Shown here one piece after another: positions 1-13,080 of a DNA stretch of 64,000 nt. The DNA is from Octopus bimaculoides. Lineage: Eukaryota. The stretch's first letter is position 1. Each line of letters begins with the position of its first letter. Location of the stretch: the NCBI RefSeq assembly GCF_001194135.2, contig NC_068981.1:62870193-62934192 (forward strand), given 5' to 3'. The notes under the pieces were generated by a model. That model did no database searches. It saw nothing but the letters and a program-made list of their open reading frames with translations, and was not told the origin of the DNA. The translations under genes were made by a program, and so were the position numbers.

Positions 1-29
1 ATGTATCCAGTACAATGTTTGGAGTCAGC

Positions 30-1250
30 GATGTTCTTGATGTCAAAGCTATTTCTGTGTATGTCCTCTTTATGCTTGTCAAAATCAAGTGAGATAGTGT
101 TGATAAGATTTTACTGGAGAGTTCTTGCATATTTGTTGTATATAAAAGATTTTCGATGTAGATGAGTTTTCGTATAGTAACAACGGCTGTTAAGGTTGGT
201 TGAAGCTTGCCGCGATAGCAGACTGTACCCCACCCATGTCCTACTGGTTTCGGTTTTGGTTTGTTTGAGAGGAGGGGCATTGCATTGTTTTAGTTTGCCT
301 GTGAATGTGCACTGTACAACTAATGACGTGTAGTGTAGTTTTACGTTCTTTTTTGTCTATTTGTTGTTTTTGTTTTGTTTTCGCTGATATTTTTTGACAA
401 TTGCTTGGTCAGCCCTCATCTAACAGACCTATAATGAAAGACATTCCAACCGTGACCATATACCGTTTCTGGGATACCGATGACTATATTACTTGATATA
501 ATACGTTCTTTATTTCAAATTATGGGATATGATTAGAGAGAAATTTGATTGCTAGTTCTTACAAGCCGAGCGTTCTTTAGAGATTATTGTGTTGTGGGAA
601 GACTGAGCTCTGGGTAGGACTGACGTAGTCCTACCATACTGTTTCTTCCAGTTGATTAAATGTTGCACATGTATTTGCTCTCAGTATGATTATGCGTCGT
701 TTTGCTTTCTTTGTTGTCCTCCGTGTAAATGTTATAAGTAACTCTTAAGTATTTTTGTCTTTTCTGAGTATGGTTTGTCTATATTGTCGAGTATGATGAT
801 TAGTTACGTTTGACATTGTCTGGCGTTCTGGTTGAGAAAGAAGACTAGTAATTTTGCTAAGTGCACTTTAAGTCTATTGTTGCATTTGATGTTGTCTGGG
901 GACTCTGGTAAGAAGGAAGGCACAGTAAATTTGGTAAGTGCTACTTACCAAAGTCATTGTTGCGGAGACAGGTTTCTTGGTGATTTCTTATAGTGTAAGG
1001 GTAATTGTGCAATAGCGACTGGACAATGGTAGGAGGATGTAAATATGATCTAATCTGCATATCATGAGTGCATGTTTTATGGTGGTGAAGCATATGGTGT
1101 CGGTAAAGTTTAAATAATGTAAGCGAGACACTGTTCGGGAAATTTCAAGTTTAGGAAGAGTTGTTCTTATATACTCTACAGGCTTGGTAACCTGACAATA
1201 GTTTCTTGACCCACCTTTCATGTCACGTATCTTTTGTATGAATAGACGGG
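30..1250 (-). mobile_element. Highly decayed Penelope-like retroelement fragment (tentative)
   Basis: Minus-strand frames give broken RT-thumb-like strings (YLHPPTIVQSL...IRNHQETCLRNNDF) with stops; hammerhead-like CTGATGA..GAAAC nearby at 1526-1550. Confidence 0.25.
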
Positions 1251-3004
1251 AAATGGAACTGAAAGGTTTTACAGATGACGATGTCTAGTTTTTTTTTTTT
1301 TCCTTTTTTATTGTTGAAGCCCTCATGTATTTCCTGAGTTGGAGTTGTGTGTGGTGTACAAGTTGAGTACAGTGATCTGAATTCATGTTGTTATTTAAAG
1401 AAAAATGTGTAGGTTGATGTTAAGGATAAACCTTTATGAAATTTTCGAGGGTATGCATAATAGAGTGATGGATTGGTTGAATGTTACTTGCCTAAGGTTT
1501 TATAATATTACTGACTCCTCACTGTCTGATGACGCCTGGTGACCCGAAACTTTGAAGCCATTGTCAACCATTACCTAATAAAAATTAATATGTACCCTTC
1601 TAAAAAGTATAGAATGATGTTTCAGATTAATGCTAAATTGTTTTTTAAATATAACTTCGAATAAAAGAAAGAATTGTCTCTAAGCATCGAAATTCCATTT
1701 TATTTATCAACCCAAAAGAATGAAAGACAAATTCGATCTCGGTGGTATTTGAATTCAAAGTGCAGCTCACTAGAAATAAGAGCTTAAAGCGATCTACCCT
1801 ACGCTGTTATGGTCTTACCAATTCGCTGTATTATCGGTCCAGTATTCAATGTAACTTTTTCTTTTACTTGAGCTGAGATTAAAGGAGATTTAACTGCTAA
1901 TTCTCAGAGGTCAACTTATAATATAGAACTGCACTTCTTTCACTGGTTCGTTATACTATCTATAGTGCTTATATTTGAATATAAGACCTACGACAGTAGC
2001 AGTCAGAAATAAAATCCGATATCCAATTCAACAAGATGAAACACCAAGTTCGTAAGTATGAATAAGAAACATAAATACATTTTTAGGATCTGTGAAGTGA
2101 GAAATACTTGAAACTATCATACATTTTTGAAACATGCTTTATAGTTTCGTTGTTTCCAAATATATAAATATACGTAAGCTCTACAATCTCTACACTCATC
2201 TCAATAACACTATATACACACACGTCCTCCTATGCCTGTCTCAATAAACACATACACTCCTATATGCTCAGCCCTCTCCTCTCAACATTTTCTCCCTTTT
2301 CAACTCCCTTATTCCCATACTACCGCCTTTCCAACTAGCATCTAGTCATCTCATTTTTTTTTCTCTAACGACATTTTCTCATTCACACTTTTCCTTTCTT
2401 TTTATTCTCTGTCTTACTTTAGATGGAGGATTCGCGTCCGAATATCAACACGCTTTCTCTTCTTTTTAAGAGTTAAACTAATACAACTTTTAATAATAAA
2501 ACTTGTTCCTCTAGTGTTGTCCCTCTCTTTTTGTATTCAATGCCTTCCCTGACATACACGCAGATAGATTGACTGACGGAAATATATTATTTACACTTAC
2601 ATGTATATATGCACGCTCGAAATTGTAAAGATCTTTTGGAAGTCGACTGATGAGAAATTAGCTACGACTGTTGTGTTTCTGTTAAATTTTCTATTTGTTG
2701 GACTTTTATAAAATTTTTGAAATATATATATGAGAAATTACGTTAAGCACAAGTTTATATCGTTTCTTCGTACGTACGTTCACTGTAACATGATGCAATA
2801 AAGTGTTCCTTCATGATCCGTTGTGGTTAAGCATCCAACTGTACTTGGATACGCCTGGAACATCCAATATAGAGTTCCAAACAACCGCAAAGATGAAATG
2901 TACGCGAGGACAAATGATATAGACCTGTGTTGATCGTAGTTTCTTCTCCATTCGCGCTGTATATTATAACTAGTATTACTAACAAGTATAACAGTACCTT
3001 AAGT

Positions 3005-3360
3005 GGAGGCGCAATGGCCCAGTGGTTAGGGCAGCGGACTCGCAGTCATAAGATCGCGGTTTCGATTCCTAGACCGGGCGTTGTGAGTGTTTATTGAGCG
3101 AAAACACCTAAAGCTCCACAAGGCTCCGGCAGGGGGTGGTGGCGAACCCTGCTATACTCTTCCACCACAACTTTCACTCTTTCTTCCTGTTTCTGTTGAG
3201 CCTGTAATTCAAAGGGTCAGCCTTGTCACACTGTGACACGCTGAATATCCCCGAGAACTACGTTAAGGGTACACTTGCACGTTAATTTCACGAGCAGGTT
3301 GTTCCGTTGATTGGATAAACTGGAACCCTCGACGTCGTAAGCGACGGAGTGCCAACAACA
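3005..3360 (+). mobile_element. tRNA-derived SINE (tRNA-Arg-like head)
   Basis: A-box TGGCCCAGTGG and B-box GGTTTCGATTCC; 3' body shared with the copy at 45873-46145; ends in an (AAC)n-like tail. Confidence 0.85.
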
Positions 3361-3466
3361 GTACCTTAACAACAACACTGGGAACTGAATGAACGATGAT
3401 AATATACGCAGGAATCTAAATCCAACATTAGAATTTGCACGTCTATTTACACACACAAGATACACG

Positions 3467-3506
<40 letters not shown>

Positions 3507-3741
3507 ACATACATAACACATGCATAGATACATGCATACAATTCTCTTTGTATTCACTGTGTTGTTAGTGAGATTGCGTATTGATGCATATATCCATATA
3601 TATATATATATATATATACAAATTTCTGCCATAAAGCTTCATTGTATAGCAACTGTGTACACTCGTAATCATATATATACATCTATGCTATTATATAACA
3701 ATGCTGACTTTCATACTATATATAAATACAATTATATATGC

Positions 3742-3810
<69 letters not shown>

Positions 3811-4008
3811 CCGCGTGTATATTCATTTAATATATATATATACACATATATGTGCGCACACTCATATATATATACACATATAGGCACACACACTTCTGTG
3901 TGTGAGCATATAAATTTACACAATGTGCTTATATATATATATATATATATATATGAGCGTATAAAATCACACAATGAGCTGATAAATAATCACAGAATGT
4001 GCGTGTAT

Positions 4009-4040
<32 letters not shown>

Positions 4041-4284
4041 GTATATATATATAATCACACTATATATGTGCATGCCTACGTGTGTGTACGTATACGTATA
4101 TGGGGATCTCCTCCACTTGATAAAAAAAAACATAAGCACGGACATTAAATTAGAATAACGTTATTTTCGTCAATTTCTCAGTAAACAATAAGTTAAGATC
4201 TTTTACAGTCACAGTGTGCTTGTCTAGCGTTAACGAGTTGACTTCTATATTTAACAAAAACACTTCAAGATACTACACATACGA

Positions 4285-4329
<45 letters not shown>

Positions 4330-4330
4330 C
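3467..4330. repeat. Cluster of (GT)n, (TA)n and (CA)n microsatellites
   Basis: Direct reading. Similar tracts at 15655-15730, 21610-21820, 25770-26005, 36995-37020, 56560-56995, 57700-57860 and 58835-59305; several flank N-gaps. Confidence 0.97.
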
Positions 4331-5464
4331 ATACATACATACATGAGGACGTGTTGTATATATTGTTGGAAACTCATTAGTTCTTTTTTTTTTTTTATGA
4401 TTGTATATTACTTTTCTAGCACTTTTCCTTTTCATTTTTATCGTTTTGGTAATGGGGTTTTTTTTTTTTCCACGTTCACAAATAAATGCTTCACAATACA
4501 AACCGCACATAAAGAGAACATTATTTTCCTCTTCTGCTGCACATGCTTTACTGGGACATAGGAAGTCAGTCTATGTCATGCAGGTCGTTACTGCTACCCA
4601 AGCAAACATCCTTGACAGTAGCGGAAATAAATCCATGGGCAAATTGCTAAGGACCTTTATACATTGACGATTTCCCACTACTATCCCACAGACACGCTGT
4701 CTCCTCATTCTGAATCCTTTGTTGATACCATAACGGTCTATACTCCACAGGGTTGTCTAAATAAATACTACTTTAACCACATTCAACTAAAAAAACATAC
4801 GCTTCTCTTGTCCTAGTTACCTCATCTGTCTTTATCCAGGAAAAACAAAGAGGAAAACTTCAATTATTGAATCAATAGTTGGATTTTGTAATTATTTCAA
4901 TGTTTAGTTTAAGATATTGACAGAAACTCGATATTTTTATTGTTTCGCATAAGCATATTGACATAATGTGCTTTTTGCATTGTCATTGTTTTCAAGTTAT
5001 GCATTATCAGTTAATAAACAACAGAAAGTAATTATTTATTTAATTAATTGATATTTAAAACAAATATGGCATTTTACTTTTGCACTTTTGTGATTTTTTC
5101 CCCGTGACTTCATTTCTATTCAATAATCTGTGTCTCCCTCCCAACACAGATTATTGAATGGAAATAGCACTGACAATTAAACTCGGTCTTTCTTCCATAG
5201 ATGTTCAACGTCGTGAAATTCCTTTCCATCCATATTTTCCTGCAAGTCATCAAATTGCAATTGTTTTAAGGTAAACATTAACTGCATCAGTCGTTCAGTC
5301 GTAAACGATAGATGAGGTTTCTGCAACTTCTTGCTGAAAAATTTGAGCAGAATAATTTGTTTATAGAGATCACAATTTATGTGCTGTACTTTTAACTCAC
5401 TCTCCATCAAATCGATATTACCTGCACAGACACGGTATGCCGTACGCCAGACGTCAAAGTGATC

Positions 5465-5575
5465 GCAGAGCAACGTGAAATGAAGTGTTTTTCTCAAGAA
5501 AAACGCACCGACCGTTCTGAGAATCGAAACCACGATCTTACGATGGTGAGTGCAACACCCTAAACGCTAGGCACA
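5465..5575 (-). mobile_element. Partial tRNA-derived SINE head
   Basis: Similar to 34960-35080 (gcaacgtgaaatgaa...gaatcgaaaccacgatcttacgatggtgagtgcaacaccc). Confidence 0.7.
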
Positions 5576-6959
5576 GTCTATTACCACCTGACTTAAACTG
5601 TAAGAAATATCTGTTCACAGATAACTATGCAAAGTGAAGCACATAGAGATACAAAAAGTGTATTTTTCGGAACGTGTTCGAAGCTCTTTTAAATAAAACA
5701 TCTGTTAGCTATGTAAAGTAGACTCTACAAGCCATTCTTGCCATGTAAACGATTATATAGCCAAACTGGTTACCTTTCTACATTGTAACTGTTGTCGCTG
5801 ATTTACCACGCCCTACATACAGAATACCAGCTACCCGACACGCGGAACATGTACTGAAAGAACTGATGTCGCTAAAATGTTGCACCTACAGAATACAAAC
5901 AAACTGACATCAGCATCTTGTCTGCGCTCCCACGTAAAGGTAGTAATGAAAGAAAGGATGTCGTTCTGATAGTTATACTACCCAAATGACTTGAACTGAT
6001 CAATGGAGGCCTAAATACTCTCTTTTCTAGAATCCATTTTAAATTTCTTTTCAATTTTTTTCCACTCTGATTCCGAACATTTGATGATGTGGGTGTGTTC
6101 TGCAAATTTGAAGTTTCGTGAGTGCAAAATGTGGAGCTGAGTCAACCTCTTATTAAAAATATAAAATCACTGCAAATATGTTTGAATGCTTCTTTCGTTT
6201 GTTCACTCTATATAATATAAATCTTTTATCTCAATAAAATACCCAACTCTATATTCAAATGTTATGTGTCCTTTTGATATAAATGGTCATCTTAACCTTA
6301 AGAGTAAAATCATATGTAGGTGTGTACGTATACATGTATATGTATATTACAAAACACCATGATTGTGAATAGATTTGACCTGAATTAGTAATCCAATACC
6401 ATATATTATATTGTACATTTATTTTTAACACGTTCATATTCACTCAAACTTAGAAGGACCCTCACTCGGAAGAGAAATTCTCTTTATAGAGAGTGTTTGC
6501 GTAAATACATAGAGCTGTGTTATGAATAATGTTATCACTGTCGTCGTCATGTATCGTACGCTTTTTGCAGCGTGTTGATGACACTACACCAAACGTCTTT
6601 CCGATTAGGCATGAGCTCTCCAGTAGGATGAAGCCGCAGCGTTCCTTCGTTGTCACTTTCTCATAGTGCTTTCGTGGCAGTGATATTCGGTTAATTTGCC
6701 GTTGCCTTCCTCTACTGGCTAGCCGCCCACAGGGATTTCATCCGTCTTTCAACAGATCTTACTGTTTAGTTTTGCTGGGTGTCCAGACACACTCCTCGCA
6801 AAAGTAGCAAGCTATTCGAGTGCAGGTTTATTTGCCGACAACTCGACCATGGAACAATTAGTACAAGTTTACATGGTACGAGTAGCAGGTCTCATCAGTC
6901 TGTGATGAGATCCCTTACCTGACGCTCATCAGAGCGTAGGGCGCGGAATTTCTAGATTC

Positions 6960-7090
6960 TTTCTTTTTTGTGAAGCCCATCTCAAAATCTTGTTGAGATA
7001 AGTTACAGAGCCAAGTTCTCCAATAATTACAGGTATGAATCTAAAACTATAGTAGATTACCAGACGAGTCCTCTTTAGTTTGGCATTGGT
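6960..7090 (-). mobile_element. R4/Dong-type LINE fragment (C-terminus of restriction-like endonuclease domain)
   Basis: YSFRFIPVIIGELGSVT, homologous to YKFRFIPVIIGALGY at 38641-38950. Confidence 0.65.
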
Positions 7091-7202
7091 GTTATTTTCG
7101 TCTAACCTTTAGCATTATGACAATATCTAACAATGAACTTATTTCCATTACTGTACGCAATTTCTTTCCTCTTTGGATCATTTGGTGTGTTACACTTATC
7201 TG

Positions 7203-7897
7203 GGATCTTGTTCAAAACGGGGGCACCAGTATTTTCTTAACGAAACACTTTGAAACTTGGGACACTGGTAGAATGTGTCATATAAAACATCTTTTTCTCT
7301 TAGTCTTCTTAACAAAAAAACGTACATCGCAAGCTATTTCATGTTAAAGTTGTCGTATTTCTGTAATTTCAACCAATGACTGACATCCATTCAGCCGAAT
7401 ACATTAAATGCTGACTACGTAAACAAACGATTCTCAAACGATTCTGGCGGTGATAAAATTATTATTTCCTTGTCAAAAAATGGCTGAAGCATATTGGCAG
7501 TAGGGTTAGGGTTAGGGTTAGGGTTAGGCAGTAGCTAATTTCATACAGTTCAGGCAGATGTTAACGAAATAAACACGCGTGAACGAAAATGAAAAAAGCC
7601 AATGTTGTACACATACAGTTTAGGCAGATGTTAACGAAATTATAAATGGAGATTAAATACGCTTTACACCGCTTAAACTGCCAAAGGAGTAAGTGTAAAC
7701 AGCTGAATACTTGTCAGTGATTGGTTGAAATTATCGAAATAAGACAATTTTTTACATGAAATAAATTCGAATACAAAAATTTTTTTCTGTTCTATAACAC
7801 AAAATAGATAAGTATACGAAGTTTGAAAGTCTTTCGGTACCAAAAACACTACATAAAACATTAATGAAAACTGGTGCCCCCGTTTTGAACAAGATCC
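7203..7897. mobile_element. 695-bp Merlin-like MITE with internal (TTAGGG)n
   Basis: Perfect 28-bp TIRs GGATCTTGTTCAAAACGGGGGCACCAGT (7203-7230 and 7870-7897). 8-bp TSD CTTATCTG (7195-7202 and 7898-7905). Imperfect subterminal inverted arms. GG termini plus an 8-bp TSD fit the Merlin superfamily. Confidence 0.85.
7501..7528 (+). repeat. Interstitial telomeric repeat (TTAGGG) x ~4.7
   Basis: tagggttagggttagggttagggttagg inside the MITE. Confidence 0.95.
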
Positions 7898-8533
7898 CTT
7901 ATCTGTTATACCTGTCTTAACTAGAACATTCCAGCACTGTTCTTTTATAAGTGAATATGCCTTCCACAACATTATTTCCTATATTTATTTATCCAGGAAT
8001 ATCCTTTCTGCGGATTTCATTGTATAATATTTTGGCCACAACATTATCTCTCATAAACAAATAAATACCGGAATAATATTTTCGTATAGCTACTAAACAC
8101 CGAGGGAGTGGGTGACATCGTCAGTATTATTTTCACAGCCACATCTATGTTATTTACCTGCATCCCTATTCCTTTTATACATCAGGTATTTTGCTGTTGT
8201 TTCTAGCTTCTGTATAGCAAAAGCATACCCTTCAATGTGTAAGCTAATATTTCAGTTGCCACTCCAAGTTAGACTACTTTGCTTATCTATGTTGTCTTAC
8301 TTTGAAGCTTTCTGGCAACATTGCTATACATGATCTTCCACTAACATGCATACAGCTTTTTACCTAATGACTTGTTAAAGTAAAGTTGTGGAACATTTCT
8401 GAGTATGTATCCTTCGTCATCAGTCAGGCTTGCTTTTTGATGTGCTCTCTTTCAAATTTGATATTATCTGCCTCATGTATGTATGTATGTATGTATGTAT
8501 GAGTGTGTGTATGTGTGTGTGTGTGCTAAGATA

Positions 8534-8639
8534 ATCTCTACAGATTTTCGATAGAAATTATAGCAAACACTGATTTTGATACGATGTTTCGTAATAAAAT
8601 CAGTTTTAGCTATAATTTCTATAGAAAATCTATAGAGAT
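8534..8639. repeat. ~106-bp imperfect palindrome (small MITE or foldback)
   Basis: atctctacagattttcgatagaaattatagc..ctgatttt pairs with aaaatcag..gctataatttctatagaaaatctatagagat. Confidence 0.7.
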
Positions 8640-9574
8640 GACATTAACGTGTGATTTAAGTGCACTGCCAATACAGTAGTACACGATATTGACTCATAAA
8701 AATGTTTAATATACTTTGTAGTATATTATGGTTGCATAACGAAATACCGTGTGCCTACAAGTAATTAGTATGTATGTTTTAGGGAAATATAAAATATAAA
8801 AATTTTCATAAGAGCTGAGCTTTATGTAAAATGTTATGTAGGTGAACCTATTTCCATAAGGGTTCCACATCATCTGGAAATATTATCTGTTATATCTTAA
8901 ATTCCTTTCCAGTGACTGATTTACTTCTCAAATGTTCTTAACATCATGAAATTATAGTTATCCACTGGAAAACTAAAGCACTCGGTAACTTGGGCGGCAG
9001 ACAGTTGCAATCTTTCAGAAATATGAGCAAAGAGAAACGGAAATTTTAGTTTTCATGTTTCAGAAAAAAAATTTCATTAACTTGGAATCAAACCTGCCCA
9101 CGAGGAAACATCTGTGTGGTTGGTATACAAGCCAGAAATAACAGCCAAGTCCCTTTCGAATTGTATTCTACTGTTCGAAGAAACACCTAACAATGTAGGC
9201 CAACAAAACCTTAAAGGGCAGTATGATCATGACTAGAATGACTTTGGCGATAGTATTGTCTGGAGTTCAACAATAACCGGGAACCAATATGCTGTCATGC
9301 GACCAGTTCTCAATGAATTTTCCGCATCCTTCATAAATGTACTCAATATCAGTGATATTAATAACAGTTTCTAGTTTAGATACAAAGCTTAAAGAGAGAA
9401 TGTTAAGCGATTCTATTGTCTTGTATTTGACTTGCAATTTCTTTTTCGACTCTGGAAGGATTAAAGGCGAAGCTGACTCGGTAGAATTTGAACTCAGAAT
9501 ATAAAGAACCGGAGCAAATACTGCATGGTAATACTGCCAATTCAACACCCCAATGATAATAATTATAATCCTTC

Positions 9575-9781
9575 CTACTAAAAGCATAAGGCCTTTGAAG
9601 AAGGGATAGTCGATAGTCGAACACATCGACCTTAGTGTACAACTACTACTTATTTTTATCGACCCCGAATGGATGAAAGGCAAAGTCGACTTCGACGGAA
9701 TTTGAAACCAGAACATAACGACAGATGAAGTGCCGCTAAGCATTTTGCCCAACCTGCTAACGATTCTGCCAGCTCTCCGCC

Positions 9782-9783
<2 letters not shown>
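9575..9783 (-). mobile_element. Abundant ~210-bp SINE family (head aaggcggcgagctggcagaatcgttag)
   Basis: A-box-like TGGCAGAATCG and B-box-like GAGTTCAAATTCC. At least 13 related copies in the window: 1700-1765(-), 9430-9540(-), 19658-19871(-), 20884-21083(+), 28924-29327(-, two), 44934-45585(+, three), 46778-46990(+), 50107-50315(+), 51043-51255(+), 58321-58530(+), 62575-62772(-). Confidence 0.85.
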
Positions 9784-9840
<57 letters not shown>

Positions 9841-9879
9841 AATGATGATTTCTTTTATAATAATGATGATAATACTAAT

Positions 9880-10438
9880 AAAATGCCCTCATGCAGCACT
9901 AGACAGTGGTTCACATGGCTTTTCATCTTAACTGATTGGAAGTGTTATCATGTACATTGTTTTGTCCTGGTATAAAGGATGGGCTACAGCAAATATTCTG
10001 CTCAATACCACAGATTTGCTTGTCAGTTACTTGACCTTAACCAGTTGAGCATGTCCCTTAGTGGCTGACGATATGTGCATCTTTGATCACGAGCAGAAGT
10101 AGTGGAGGACCATCATAGCCATGTGTTGAGAGGAATTTGGGGGGGGGGATAGTTTACCTTTGGAAACAAGGCTATTTCGTTCAGCATCCTTAAACAAACT
10201 TTATTCGGGGACCTTTTGAGCGAGATGGGCTACTCAACCTGAAGAAAATTCTAACTGGGCCCCACCTGCAAGGTCATGCGCTGTTTATCTTGATTTGAAA
10301 TCACCATATCGCGCACATCCGGTTGTGATGCATGTGCCTGGTATACCCTTATCAGACGGGCAGCTATGATGGGTATACTGGGCTTTGTATATTTTACCCC
10401 AGTGTCACTTTGATGGCATGCACTGCTCTCTCTCACTC

Positions 10439-10470
<32 letters not shown>
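9880..10470 (+). mobile_element. 3' end of a non-LTR retroelement with (AAT)n tail
   Basis: GC-richer ~560-bp block ending ...gcactgctctctctcactc(AAT)n, with an (AAT)n tract on its left as well; no ORF. Confidence 0.5.
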
Positions 10471-10471
<1 letters not shown>

Positions 10472-11409
10472 TCTGAAAGCAGAAATAGCATATAGGGAAT
10501 AATCACATAATGAAGGGCGCTGAAGTGCGAAGTTCACGGTCAAGGTTCCTTCGTTTATGGCTAACTATACAAATTAAGAAATATAAAATAAGTATGAGGC
10601 AGAATTCAGAGCGGTTGACTGGCGGAATTTTTAAAGCGACAGACAAATACCTTGTGTTCTGGATTTAAAATTCAGACATATCAGCTTCGCATTTTATCCC
10701 TCCGAAGTCAATGATTAAAATATCATTCAGTATCGAAGACGGTACTTCTTTCTCTCTCAGAATCGGCTACGCTGTATTGTGAGACGTTCGTCGTGTTTCA
10801 CTTACAGAGTCCCTCTCTTCTAGGAAATGGAGGATGGCTAAGTTAGGGGCTAGCAAGCTTTTCTTATTCACTATGCTACAACAACCGTTCAAAGAAACCA
10901 TTGAGCATAATGGACATTCACGACCCTATTTTTTGTACAATACAAATTTTTTTTAATATTATAGAATTTTGTTTGTTTTTAATATTATAGAATTTTGTTT
11001 GAAACTAATCGTGTCAGTATGAGGCTCATTTAAATCGCTGATGTAAAATTATTTTCACGAGATATTAGTAAGCATTTTTAATTAGACATAAGGACATCCT
11101 TTACCGAAGATAAGGATATCGTCGATTAAATCGATTATCAAAAACATTGCTCATGCACCTTTAACTATGTTCGCTTCTTTATATAAGAAAATCCAAAAGT
11201 AACTCTGTATGAGATTGAACCCGTAACCTAGAGGATTAAAAACTTAGTATTGTACTGCTGTTGACAACAAATTTACCAGCTTAACAATGTCTTAGTTAAT
11301 AACATGCCAAGCTTGTCTGCTAAAACTGCACCCCGAAACTTCACAGCAATCTCGCTGCGCTGACACATACTTCATTCAATATTCAGTCGGTAAGTATCAA
11401 AGACTTGTA

Positions 11410-11600
11410 AACCAATGACAGAGCTTCTATGTGATCACTTGATCTGCTAGAAATAACTGCCAAATCTCTCCTAAATTATAATCTTACTATCTTGAAAAAG
11501 AAGATATTGGAAAATATGATCTTAAAACAATGCCTTAATACTAAGGGGTGATGGCCAATGCTGGGCCGCCTTTGATCATGGATCGATTCATTCATTGTTT
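11410..11600 (+). mobile_element. Interspersed SINE-like repeat family (core ctagaaataacagccaaatc)
   Basis: Related cores near 9095-9270, 21090-21300, 22555-22620 and 28400-28660, and on the minus strand near 410-600, 16250-16450, 46500-46650 and 52400-52620. Confidence 0.6.
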
Positions 11601-12199
11601 ACCTGGGGCTAAATAACAACAACAACAACAACGAAAATGTTCGTCCTCTTTTGCCCTCCACTACCCAACATGCACGAGTCATCATGTCCCAAAGTGAAAG
11701 TAATTCTCCCAAACAATCGTATGCCATGACCTCGGCGGCTGACAACAAATCTACTTGCATACATATATAACAGACTGCCAGCTTACAAAATCTTTCAGTT
11801 AATAACATGCCAAAGCTGTCTGCCAAATACTGCACCCCAAAACTTCCCTTGCAATGACATATTTCATTCAACTTTCAGCCGGTAGGTATCATAGACTTGA
11901 AATGATTTTATCTTCTTTATTTTTTCTGTTTGTCTTTTTTATTTTTATTTATATTTTTTTCTTTTTGAAGAGGAAGAACAAAAACAAAAATAAAATGTAA
12001 AAATAAAAAATAAGTGAACGAATAATTAGACGACATTGCCACAAAATATGGTATCAGAAATGTAAAGCGAGGAAGGCCAGTTGCAATAAGTGATGTGAAT
12101 ATGTCTGTATGCATGTGTATGCGTGCGCGCATGAAAGAGGATGTGAAAGTATTTTGAAAAAGAGTGTAATGAAGACAGAAGGTGGGGAAAGGAGCCGAA

Positions 12200-13080
12200 A
12201 GAAACGCAGCAGAAGTGTGTGTCGAGGAAAACCTTATTACCGTTTTCAGAAGTTGGATAGCAGCAACGCATAGCGGTATCTGCTCGGTGGTAACAGTGAA
12301 TGACTGCATCTTGAAATCGTTTCATGTTGCACAGTCGGTCCTTCAGCAGGTATTCTTTTTCGTCTCTGCTATCCATGAGAGAGAGCAGTACCGACGTATT
12401 CGGAAGACGCTTCCGCTATGATGTTGGACATCAGAGATGTGGACGTGGTTGACATGATTCTAAAGAAGTCCGAAGCGATAGCAGGAGCAAAGATAACACC
12501 GGAAAAAAGTCGGAGGGATTTCAACATGGCATTGAATGGGCAAGTCTATGCTATAGCACGTTATTGTCAGTGTTGAAGAGTTGGACCTGTTAAACTGCAA
12601 GGGGTCTGGTTCGGTTCACACCTTGAAATAGACAAGGACTGCGACGAGATTATGAACAGGGTGGACAACTTTACCCAGAAATAGGCTGAGAAAAAGCAAT
12701 CACTGAAAGGACGAGCAGACGTGGTGAATACCTACATCGCTTCCGTCATCATTTACCACTTGACCTTCATGCCTTCCTCCAGTTTCTGTCTGAAAATTAA
12801 TTTCTGCTCTTCAGTCTCCCGTGAAAGTGACGCGTTCCATTGATGGTTCATCTGTTGCCAGCGTCCTCTGAAAGCCAGTTCGGCATACCGTAGCACCTTG
12901 TGTGCAGACACACGCTAAAGGCTGAGTCGCCTGTAGAATTTACTGGACGGTGAGTGTGTATGGTCTCTGTATGTAAGGCACGCTTTTCCGCAATTCGTCT
13001 CTTTGATGGAGCTGCATCCATGGGTGAACAAAAAACAAAGTGTGCACCCAGTAGCTAGAATGTTGTTAGGTGCTCACTAC
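12200..13080 (+). mobile_element. Degenerate L1/Tx1-clade LINE reverse transcriptase fragment
   Basis: TYSEDASAMMLDIRDV...EAIAGAKITPEKS...VKLQGVWFG...QSLKGRADVVNTYIASVIIYHLT matches YADD / SGAKIN..KS / LGVWFG / LSL.GR motifs; internal stops. Confidence 0.75.

Noticed and set aside
3005-3080. tRNA gene
   Set aside because: A and B boxes are present, but there is no closing acceptor stem and it runs into a SINE body shared with 45873-46145; it is a SINE head.
3226-4561. ORFs rich in YI, HT and CV repeats (also 13348-13823, 25764-26120, 55568-57176, 58740-59369)
   Set aside because: Translations of dinucleotide microsatellites or N-gaps, with no protein-like complexity.
5866-5939. Alternative first coding exon of the ADAMTS
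   Set aside because: One ATG frame stops early; the other has no signal peptide and ends in phase 0, incompatible with exon 2. A non-coding exon cannot be excluded.
6898-6925. Box C/D snoRNA
   Set aside because: The C-like and D-like boxes are only about 16-25 nt apart, too short for a snoRNA.
9730-9975. Poly-Asn ORF
   Set aside because: (AAT)n tract between a SINE head and a LINE tail.
10950-11000. 26-bp tandem duplication (similar 27-28-bp duplication near 15003-15057)
   Set aside because: Ordinary local slippage with two copies only.
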